A stretch of DNA of 64,000 nucleotides from a virus. The translations under genes were made by a program, and so were the position numbers. Positions within the stretch are counted from its first letter, which is position 1; each line of letters starts with the position of its first letter. Under the pieces are notes generated by a model, which was not told where the DNA came from, did no database searches, and saw nothing but the letters and a program-made list of their open reading frames with translations. The stretch lies in the IMG/VR virus record IMGVR_UViG_3300045926_000283, positions 6,497 to 70,496 of that record, one strand, 5' to 3'. Shown here piece by piece: positions 17,742-25,041 of the stretch.

Positions 17742-17749
17742 TGCCAAAT

Positions 17750-17767
17750 TTGCAGGCACCGTGCCAA
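17750..17767 (-). promoter_or_regulatory. sigma54 (-24/-12) promoter
   Basis: Minus strand TTGGCACGGTGCCTGCAA matches TGGCAC-N5-(T/C)TGCA with correct GG/GC spacing. Confidence 0.65.
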
Positions 17768-18124
17768 ACGCAAAAACGGCCGGTTTTCGGCACCTTGCGC
17801 CGTTTGTTCGCCTTGAAAATCTGCCGGTTTCGGTAGAAAAAACCGACTTTTGTCTGCCTGCAGGCAGATTGCACAGAATTGCACGGACGTCGTCCCGCTA
17901 ACTCCTTCGCTATCAACGAGTTCCGAGGACTGGTTCCGATAATCTAGGTTATGTTAACTAGCTCGGCTGTAGTGGTCCTGTAGGCCGTAGGACCAGGGCA
18001 TTGTCCGGGGGGTAGGCCCGCGCGACCTAAGGACATGTCCGGGACTCAGCACAATTTTTCTCACAAATTTGTCGCGCAATTTTTCGGCGCGCGAGCGATT
18101 ACTCTCTGTGATAGCCTCCCCCGC

Positions 18125-18337
18125 ATGAGCGAACAGATCGTCCGCACGCTGCAGAACGAGATCATCGACCTCGACGATCGCCTCAGTCGCCTCGCCGAGC
18201 GGGTGCGGACGGTCAACGAGCGGCTGCAGATCGACCCGGGCGGCAGCGATCGCCTCGATGCGATCGACGAAGCGCTCGTGCAGCTCGCGGCGCGCGTCGC
18301 CGCGCTCGAACGCGAGGTCGCCAGCCATGAGCGGTGA
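18125..18337 (+). CDS. coiled-coil hypothetical protein
   Basis: MSEQIVRTLQNEI; typical codon usage. Confidence 0.6.
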   Translation: MSEQIVRTLQNEIIDLDDRLSRLAERVRTVNERLQIDPGGSDRLDAIDEALVQLAARVAALEREVASHER

Positions 18338-18956
18338 TGGCGATCCGTTCGATCACAACGCGGAGTGTCGCTTCTGCGACGAGCAGGCGGGCCACCGCGC
18401 CGACTGCCCCTGGCTGCTGGCGCTGCAGCAGTGTGTGCAGGCGAAAGACGAGGAGCTGGTCAAGGCCAACGAGAAGGTCGAGGAGGCGCGTGAGGCGGCG
18501 CGCAGCTACGCGGCCGAAGTGGTCGAGTACGAGCAGTCCTTCGAGCGGTACCACAAGGCGTCGATGGCCCTGATGGACGCCTACAAGCGTGCCCACCCGG
18601 ACGTGCCGAAGGACGTCTGGCCCGACGTCGGTGTCGTCAACGCCTGGGCCGTCGATCAGATCGAGAAGCACCTGACCTACCTCGAAGCCGAGCAGATGAA
18701 GCACGAAGTCGGGGCGCTGCAGGCGTGGAAGGACGCCGTCATCGACGCCCTGGTGGTCGACTGCATCTACACCAATGAGCATGAGACCGACCCGCGCCAA
18801 GCGATTGCCGACCTGTGTGCGTGGGAGGTGAAGATCGCGCTCGACCCGGCGGTCAGCGAGCCGGTCGCGAAGCTGCATCAGCGCATCGCCGAGCTGGAAA
18901 ACGCGCTTGCCGCTGTCGAACGAGCCCTGCGCGACGAGCAAGAGCACCCGCGATAA
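18327..18956 (+). CDS. hypothetical protein
   Basis: CRFC..H..DCPW plus coiled coil. Confidence 0.65.
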   Translation: MSGDGDPFDHNAECRFCDEQAGHRADCPWLLALQQCVQAKDEELVKANEKVEEAREAARSYAAEVVEYEQSFERYHKASMALMDAYKRAHPDVPKDVWPDVGVVNAWAVDQIEKHLTYLEAEQMKHEVGALQAWKDAVIDALVVDCIYTNEHETDPRQAIADLCAWEVKIALDPAVSEPVAKLHQRIAELENALAAVERALRDEQEHPR

Positions 18957-19029
18957 CCTCCCGTCATCGCTGAGGGGGGAGGGGGGCTGGACAAACCCCA
19001 GCCTCGTCTGCGTATCCTGCCTGCCGTCC

Positions 19030-19401
19030 ATGTTCAAACGGCTGGCCGGCGCGTTCCTGCTGCGGCGCCTCACGCGCGATCTCTCCGCGATCAGCGCCGC
19101 GCTCGATCGCCAGAACGTCCTGCTCGCGCGTCTGGTCGACCACCTCTGCCCCGCCCCGCCCGACGATGCGCCCACCGTCGCCACCAGCACCGATACCGGC
19201 GTCACCTTCCTCGATCCGATCGAGATGGGCCTCTCGCTCGACTACATCCAGAAGATGCGCGCGGCGACCGGCCACACCCCCGACGACGAGGAGATCCTCG
19301 TCTACCTCGCCGACGAGAAGACCCACGACCTGCACCTGCGGATGGCGGAGCGTGAGGCCGATCTCGCACGCCTCACCGCGGCTCGGGAGCGTCGGCGATG
19401 A
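19030..19401 (+). CDS. hypothetical protein
   Basis: MFKRLAGAF; coupled to the next ORF. Confidence 0.65.
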   Translation: MFKRLAGAFLLRRLTRDLSAISAALDRQNVLLARLVDHLCPAPPDDAPTVATSTDTGVTFLDPIEMGLSLDYIQKMRAATGHTPDDEEILVYLADEKTHDLHLRMAEREADLARLTAARERRR

Positions 19402-19544
19402 CGGCGCCGCTCAGGTGTGCCCGCTGCCGTCGGCCGGTCCTCATCGAGTGGCGCCGCTCAGGCCCCTCGCGGGTGCCGCTGCGGGCGTTCCGCTGCCCGC
19501 ACTGTAAGCGTGCCCTCTACCAGCGGAAGGAGGCGCGCGGCTGA
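19398..19544 (+). CDS. 48-aa Zn-ribbon protein (not in ORF track)
   Basis: MTAPLRCARC...CPHCKRALYQRKEARG; ATGA and TGATG coupling. Confidence 0.6.
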   Translation: MTAPLRCARCRRPVLIEWRRSGPSRVPLRAFRCPHCKRALYQRKEARG

Positions 19545-20416
19545 TGAAAAGGAAGTCCGGTCTCGTCCCCGCCGCCGCGCGCGTGCCGCTCGCGCTCAGC
19601 GACGCCGACCAGGCCCTCTCCGATGAGGCGGTGCAGACCTTCGTCGCCGAGGTCGGCGGCCGCCACGCCCTCACCGGCGCGCTCGCGGTGGGCGCCACCT
19701 CGCCCGACGTGCAGCAGATCGTGCGCCTGCTGCTCGACCCGCGCTACGACCAGACCTCGCTCCCGCGTCTCTGCCGCCTCGCCGGCCTGACCGTCGCCGA
19801 CTTCTTCGTCGCTTACCGCAAGGCGCTGGTCGCGCGCTCGCACATCGCTGCCACGCATCTGGTCGCCGGGCAGATCCTCACCGTCGTCCAGGACATCCTC
19901 CACCGCGCCGCGCCGCATCACGTCCCGTGCGACGCCTGCTACGGCTGCGGCTCGATCACGCCGTCGCCGACGCGGCAGGTCCCGAACCCCTCACCCGGGC
20001 CGTGCCCGCGGTGCCAGGGCAGGGGGCAGATCACCCTCCTGCCCGATCTCGATCGGCAGAAGGTCGCGCTCGAACTCGCGCAGCTCACGCAGAAGAGCGG
20101 AGGCATCGTCGTGCAACAGCAGACCACCGTCACCCAGCCGCAGCGGCCGCTCCAGGCGCCCGGCGCCCTCGAACAGCTCCAGCAGGCGGTCAGCCAGATC
20201 CTCTACCACGAGCCGATCACCCTCAGTCCCGACGCCGACGAACCGCCCGCCGAGGTCGACGAGCCGCCCGCCGACGACGACGCAGAAGACGAGCCCGAGG
20301 ATAGCGAGCAGCCGGACCCCTCCGACGCCGAAGCGCCGCCGCCCGAGCGCGTCTTCGACGAGCCGCCCAACGTGGCCCAACCCCTTCGCAGCCACCCCGG
20401 CCCCGATGCTGCCTGA
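19544..20416 (+). CDS. putative terminase small subunit with CxxCxGxG zinc module
   Basis: Position before terL; CDACYGCG/CPRCQGRG; acidic tail. Confidence 0.5.
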   Translation: MKRKSGLVPAAARVPLALSDADQALSDEAVQTFVAEVGGRHALTGALAVGATSPDVQQIVRLLLDPRYDQTSLPRLCRLAGLTVADFFVAYRKALVARSHIAATHLVAGQILTVVQDILHRAAPHHVPCDACYGCGSITPSPTRQVPNPSPGPCPRCQGRGQITLLPDLDRQKVALELAQLTQKSGGIVVQQQTTVTQPQRPLQAPGALEQLQQAVSQILYHEPITLSPDADEPPAEVDEPPADDDAEDEPEDSEQPDPSDAEAPPPERVFDEPPNVAQPLRSHPGPDAA

Positions 20417-20504
20417 CCTCACCCTGCCGCAGGCGATTGTGATCGTGGGCCTCGTGTTCGCGTGGCTGATCTTCGTCATCGCCCGGGCGATCGGTGAGCG
20501 GTAG
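20406..20504 (+). CDS. 32-aa membrane peptide (not in ORF track)
   Basis: MLPDLTLPQAIVIVGLVFAWLIFVIARAIGER fills the gap before terL. Confidence 0.5.
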   Translation: MLPDLTLPQAIVIVGLVFAWLIFVIARAIGER

Positions 20505-20506
20505 CC

Positions 20507-22789
20507 ATGTACGACCCGCGGATCATTGAGGCGGTCGAGGCCCGCCTCCTGCAGCAGCCGTCGCTGCGCCTGCAGTTCCCCGACGGCATCCCGCGCTACT
20601 CGGTCGCCGACTCCGCGGCGCTGACCGCGACCTTGATGAACGCCGTCGACGAGGACAACCGTGTCGCGCGTCCGCTCACCGAGGACGAGCAGGCGTTCAT
20701 CCGCGCGACCAAGCTCAGGGTCACCTTCGACTTCCCCTACTTCGCCGAGCGCTTCGCCTATATTGATGATCAGGGCTCGGGCCTCCGCCCGCTCTACCCG
20801 CTCTGGGAGTCGCAGCACTTCGTCCTCAAGGCGCTCGGCCGGCTCGAAGTCAGCCGCGCCAGCACGACGCATCCCGACGGCCTCCTGGTGAACGTGCTCA
20901 AGGCGCGGCAGCTCGGCGTCTCGACCCTCGCCGAAACCCTGGTCGCGCACCGCCTCCTCACCCAGCCGCACGTCCGCGCCATCTCCGGCGCCGACGTCGA
21001 GGAGCAGGCCGGCTACCTCTTTCGTATGGTGGTCCGCATCTACGACGAACTCCCCTGGTTCCTCAAGGTCGATCGCCTCTACTTCAACAAGAATCGCGAG
21101 CTGACCCTCAGCAACCAGAGCTTCCTGAAAACCGCGTGGGGCAAGTCCACCCGCGGCGCCCTGCAATCAGTGACCGGCCAGGAAGGCACCAAGGGCGCGA
21201 TCGGCCGCGGCCAGACCTTCGGCGTCGTCCACATCTCGGAACTCGCCACCTGGGACAACCCGCAGCAGCTCGACACAGCGCTCTTCCCCGCGATCCCGAT
21301 GTCGCGCCTCACCCTGGTCGTCCTCGAATCGACCGCCGAGTATGCCGGCGACTGGTGGCACAAGCACTGGCTCACCACCGCCGACGGTGACGGCCGCTTC
21401 ATCAACGTCTTCATCCCGTGGTACGCCGAGCCGACCAAGTACTCCCTCCCCGCGCCCCTCGACTGGACGCCCCTGACCACCACCACGCAGCACGCCACCA
21501 AGTGCGAGACCGACTCGCCGCGCTGGTTCGACGGCAAGACCGTCACCCTCTCCCGCGATCAGCTCTACTGGTACGAGCGCACCCGCGCCTTCTACGAGAA
21601 GAAGGGGGAACTCTACAAGTTCTTCAAGGAGTACTGCGCCGACGATCAGGAGTGCTTCCAGTACGCCGGCCGCTCGGTCTTCACCCTCGACCAGCTCGCG
21701 ACGATCGACCGCGCCGGCAGCCAGAAGCCGCTCCTCGATGTCTGGATGGTCGAGCCCGCGCGCGAGATCGCCGAGCTGCGCCAGGTCCGCACCGACGACG
21801 AGCCGGCCTCCACCGTGCGCCGCCCGGTGCCGCCGCTCAGCCCGCGCCTCGCCCAGACCGCCTCCCCGCTCGCGCATCTCACCTTCCCGGTGCCGCCCGG
21901 CTACGGCTTCCACCGCCTCTCGCCCGCGGCGCTCAAGGCCCTGCCCTCGCTGCGCCAGTCGGTCCTCTCGATCTGGGAGTATCCGCGCCCCCGCGGCACC
22001 CGCCGCTACGTCCTCGCGGCCGACGTCTCTGACGGCCTCGGCCAGGACTACTCGGTCGTCGACGTGATCCGCCTCCCGACCATCGAGGAACCCGCCGAGC
22101 AGGTCGCGCAGTACATCACCAATCGCCTCGACCCCAAGCAGCTCGCCTTCGTCTGCGACGCGATCGGCCGGCTCTATCCCGACGAAGACGGTGTGGAGGC
22201 GCTCGCCGCGATCGAGACCAACGGCCACGGCCTCGCCACCCAGGACACGATGCAGCTCCATCTCGGCTACTCCTCGTTCTACGTCTGGGAGTACGCCGAC
22301 TCCGCCACCCCCGAGCGGCGCTACTCGACCAAGATCGGCTGGGTCACCACCAACCGCACCCGGCCGCTGCTGCTCGCCAGCTTCTACGGCGCGATCCTCG
22401 CCGAGGACGCGATCACCGCCCAGCCCGACTTCATCCTCAACTCGCCGATCACGCGCGGCGAGCTGCGCCACTTCATCACCGAGTCGACGATTGGCGAAGC
22501 AGAAGCCGCCCGCGGGCAGCACGACGACTGCGTGATGGCCGCCGCCATCGGCTACTACGTCGCCTGGCGGATGGCCGGCGGCGAGATCGAGCCGATCGCC
22601 GAGCGCCGTCGCCGCCGTGCCGCGCTGCGCGCCCGCGCCGCGACCGAACGCCAACCGGTCGGCGACTACCGCAACACCGGCCTCACTATCGAGGAAGCCG
22701 ATCATCACCAGGAGGACGACGATGAGTTCGTCGACGACGTCTCCGCCAACCCCGGCGCGCTCTTCTTCGACGAGCGGCAACGGATCTAA
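20507..22789 (+). CDS. terL: Terminase large subunit
   Basis: LKARQLGVST, VVHISE, VLESTA, ADVSDG..DYS, IETN, HDD motifs. Confidence 0.92.
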   Translation: MYDPRIIEAVEARLLQQPSLRLQFPDGIPRYSVADSAALTATLMNAVDEDNRVARPLTEDEQAFIRATKLRVTFDFPYFAERFAYIDDQGSGLRPLYPLWESQHFVLKALGRLEVSRASTTHPDGLLVNVLKARQLGVSTLAETLVAHRLLTQPHVRAISGADVEEQAGYLFRMVVRIYDELPWFLKVDRLYFNKNRELTLSNQSFLKTAWGKSTRGALQSVTGQEGTKGAIGRGQTFGVVHISELATWDNPQQLDTALFPAIPMSRLTLVVLESTAEYAGDWWHKHWLTTADGDGRFINVFIPWYAEPTKYSLPAPLDWTPLTTTTQHATKCETDSPRWFDGKTVTLSRDQLYWYERTRAFYEKKGELYKFFKEYCADDQECFQYAGRSVFTLDQLATIDRAGSQKPLLDVWMVEPAREIAELRQVRTDDEPASTVRRPVPPLSPRLAQTASPLAHLTFPVPPGYGFHRLSPAALKALPSLRQSVLSIWEYPRPRGTRRYVLAADVSDGLGQDYSVVDVIRLPTIEEPAEQVAQYITNRLDPKQLAFVCDAIGRLYPDEDGVEALAAIETNGHGLATQDTMQLHLGYSSFYVWEYADSATPERRYSTKIGWVTTNRTRPLLLASFYGAILAEDAITAQPDFILNSPITRGELRHFITESTIGEAEAARGQHDDCVMAAAIGYYVAWRMAGGEIEPIAERRRRRAALRARAATERQPVGDYRNTGLTIEEADHHQEDDDEFVDDVSANPGALFFDERQRI

Positions 22790-23144
22790 CCGCGCCCTGC
22801 GCCAGAAGCAGCTCGCGCCCCTGCTCGTCGATCTCGGGAACCAGATCGCGGCGTTTCTCGACCAGGCCCCGACCCTCCCGCCCGGCAGCCTCGTCCTCTC
22901 CGCCGAGGACTGCCGCCGCCTCGAAGAGACGGTCGGCCTGGCGACCACCGTATCGCCGGCCGTGCTCCTCGCCGCCATCGAGCGGCTCGCCGCGATCCGC
23001 GTCGGCGACATCCGCCTCCCGTTCACCCCGGGGCAGCTCGCCGAGCTGCAGCACCGCGCCAGCAAACGCGGCCGTTCGATCGAGCAGGAGATCCGCGCGG
23101 TGGTCGATCGGATCCGCGACGAGATCTTCCACCGGGGAGGCTAG
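22722..23144 (+). CDS. hypothetical protein with RHH-like C-terminus
   Basis: GGAGG RBS before ATG 22722; ...LAELQHRASKRGRSIEQEIRAVVD. Confidence 0.55.
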   Translation: MSSSTTSPPTPARSSSTSGNGSNRALRQKQLAPLLVDLGNQIAAFLDQAPTLPPGSLVLSAEDCRRLEETVGLATTVSPAVLLAAIERLAAIRVGDIRLPFTPGQLAELQHRASKRGRSIEQEIRAVVDRIRDEIFHRGG

Positions 23145-23375
23145 ATGCCGCCGCTCGTCCTTCTCGCGGTGGTGATCGTGGCGATTCCGCTCGCGGCCTG
23201 CGCCACGATCGCGCCGCCCCGGCCGCGCTTCGTCGCCGTGTTCGAGCAGCGATCGGAGTGGTGCCGCATCCAGATCATCCAGGACAGCCGCTCGCTGGCG
23301 TGCTTCGTCGCCTTCCGCTGCGGCCGGCAACCCGTGTCAGTGCTGCCGGCCGAGGACGCGGTCTGCGTCCCCTGA
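23145..23375 (+). CDS. putative lipoprotein
   Basis: Hydrophobic signal and LAAC lipobox. Confidence 0.6.
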   Translation: MPPLVLLAVVIVAIPLAACATIAPPRPRFVAVFEQRSEWCRIQIIQDSRSLACFVAFRCGRQPVSVLPAEDAVCVP

Positions 23376-23399
23376 AGGAGAGAGAGAGGAAGGGCTGCC

Positions 23400-23582
23400 G
23401 TGGGGTTGATTGAACTGCTGCTGGTACTGATCATCATCGGCGTCGTGCTCTACCTGGTCGAGACCTACCTGCCGATCTCGCCGCCGATCAAAGTGGTCAT
23501 CCGGGTGGTGGTGGTGCTGGTGATCATCCTCTGGCTGCTCAGAGCGTTTGTCGGCGACGTCAGTCTGCCGCGGCTGCGCTGA
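23400..23582 (+). CDS. two-TM small membrane protein
   Basis: LIELLLVLIIIGVVLYLV...VVVVLVIILWLL. Confidence 0.75.
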   Translation: MGLIELLLVLIIIGVVLYLVETYLPISPPIKVVIRVVVVLVIILWLLRAFVGDVSLPRLR

Positions 23583-23593
23583 AGGAGATCTCT

Positions 23594-24082
23594 GTGGCGA
23601 ACCACGATTTTTGGTGTCAGATCTGCGGCCAGGTCCTGGTCGACATCAACGTCCCGATCGCGGTCGGGGCGACGGCCGGAGCGCCGCTGCACTGCGGGCG
23701 GAAGATGAACTGGATCCCCGCGGTCGCACGGATGGATGCGTCGAGCGGTCCAGGCTTCCAGGAGTTCGAGGCACATGATGGCCAGAACAACAAAGTCGTC
23801 GTCGACTCGCTCAAAAAGCTCCGCGACATCGAACGCACCTCCGAGCAGCAGTACCGCAACGGCGAAGGCCAACCGCTCGTCTGGCGGCGCTGGTCGCAGG
23901 ACTCGTCCAACCGCGACGTCCACAGCCTCGACCCCGCCCGCTTCTCTGGCGGCGAGCGACCCGACCCCGCCTACACCAAGAAGTTCGGCCTCCGCCGCTT
24001 CGGCGCCACCGAGCCCGATCACAGCTACGGCCCCGGCGTCGACGACAGCAACACCTCCGCCCTCGACCATCTCAAGGAGTGA
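23594..24082 (+). CDS. Zn-ribbon protein
   Basis: HDFWCQICG...HCGRKM; AGGAG RBS. Confidence 0.7.
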   Translation: MANHDFWCQICGQVLVDINVPIAVGATAGAPLHCGRKMNWIPAVARMDASSGPGFQEFEAHDGQNNKVVVDSLKKLRDIERTSEQQYRNGEGQPLVWRRWSQDSSNRDVHSLDPARFSGGERPDPAYTKKFGLRRFGATEPDHSYGPGVDDSNTSALDHLKE

Positions 24083-24086
24083 CGAC

Positions 24087-24323
24087 ATGGCGAAGACGCC
24101 GCCGAAGGACGCCCCAGAGAAGGCTCCGCCCGCCGACGCCTGGCAGCCGATCGCCACCGCCCCGCTCGACGGCCGCGATCTCCTGCTCGTCGTCCTCCCC
24201 GGCGGCCGGCTGTTCATCGGCTGGTATGGCGACCGCCACGGGATCAAGTGCTGGCTCGCCGACGACCGTCGCATCGAACCGACCCACTGGCAGCCGCTGC
24301 CGCCGCTGCCGACGACAGCGTAG
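24087..24323 (+). CDS. DUF551-like protein
   Basis: WQPIATAPLDG...PTHWQPLP. Confidence 0.7.
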   Translation: MAKTPPKDAPEKAPPADAWQPIATAPLDGRDLLLVVLPGGRLFIGWYGDRHGIKCWLADDRRIEPTHWQPLPPLPTTA

Positions 24324-24332
24324 GAGACGATC

Positions 24333-24797
24333 ATGGCCGACTGGTCCCCGATCTCGACCGCCCCGCGTGACACCCGTGATCTCCTCGTCTACCTCTCCGG
24401 CGGCCGACAACTCGTCGCCCGCTGGCACGACCCGTCTGCGGCCTTCGTCGCGATCGACGCTCGGCCGCTCACTCCGATCGCCTGGCAGCCGCTCCCCGAT
24501 CCGCCGCCGCCCGCCGCGCCCGAGCCGCCGCCGACTCCCGTCATCGCCGCGATCAACCCATCCTCCGCCGTCCTCGGCTCGCCCTCTTTCACGCTGCACG
24601 TCGTCGGCAGCGGCTTCACCGCCGACGCCGCGATTCTCTGGAACGGCACGCCCGAGCCGACCACGGTGGAGTCCTCGACCGAACTCACCACCGAGGTCGA
24701 TATGTCCACCGCCGAAGTCGCGATCGAGATCCCGGTCGCCGTCGCGCAGGGCGGGGTCGTCAGCAACGCCTTCGCCTTCACGCTGACCGAGGGCTGA
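24333..24797 (+). CDS. DUF551-like domain fused to an IPT/TIG Ig-like domain
   Basis: WSPISTAPRD..WQPLP; PVIAAINPSS..FTLHVVGSGF..WNG. Confidence 0.7.
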   Translation: MADWSPISTAPRDTRDLLVYLSGGRQLVARWHDPSAAFVAIDARPLTPIAWQPLPDPPPPAAPEPPPTPVIAAINPSSAVLGSPSFTLHVVGSGFTADAAILWNGTPEPTTVESSTELTTEVDMSTAEVAIEIPVAVAQGGVVSNAFAFTLTEG

Positions 24798-24801
24798 TCA
24801 T

Positions 24802-25041
24802 GTGCAGTACCAGGACGCGCTCAATCGCGTCCTTGCCGCCTCTCGCGACGAGCCGCACCGCCTGGGCGCCGCCGACGAGCCATGTCCCTGCTGGCGCTGC
24901 GTCGCGCACCGCCTCGTCCTCGACATCGCCAACAGCAAAGAAGGCGAGAACGCGGAGTTCCGCGTCCACCTCGCCGCCACCCGCCGCCGCGCCCGTAAGA
25001 AGGCTGAAGCCGATCTTCATCTGAGGACACGCCGTGGCTGA
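24802..25041 (+). CDS. hypothetical protein
   Basis: CPCWRC; overlaps the portal start. Confidence 0.5.
   Translation: MQYQDALNRVLAASRDEPHRLGAADEPCPCWRCVAHRLVLDIANSKEGENAEFRVHLAATRRRARKKAEADLHLRTRRG

Noticed and set aside
17434-17916. ORFs in the leader/promoter region
   Set aside because: Atypical codon usage, no RBS, mutually overlapping; better explained as non-coding
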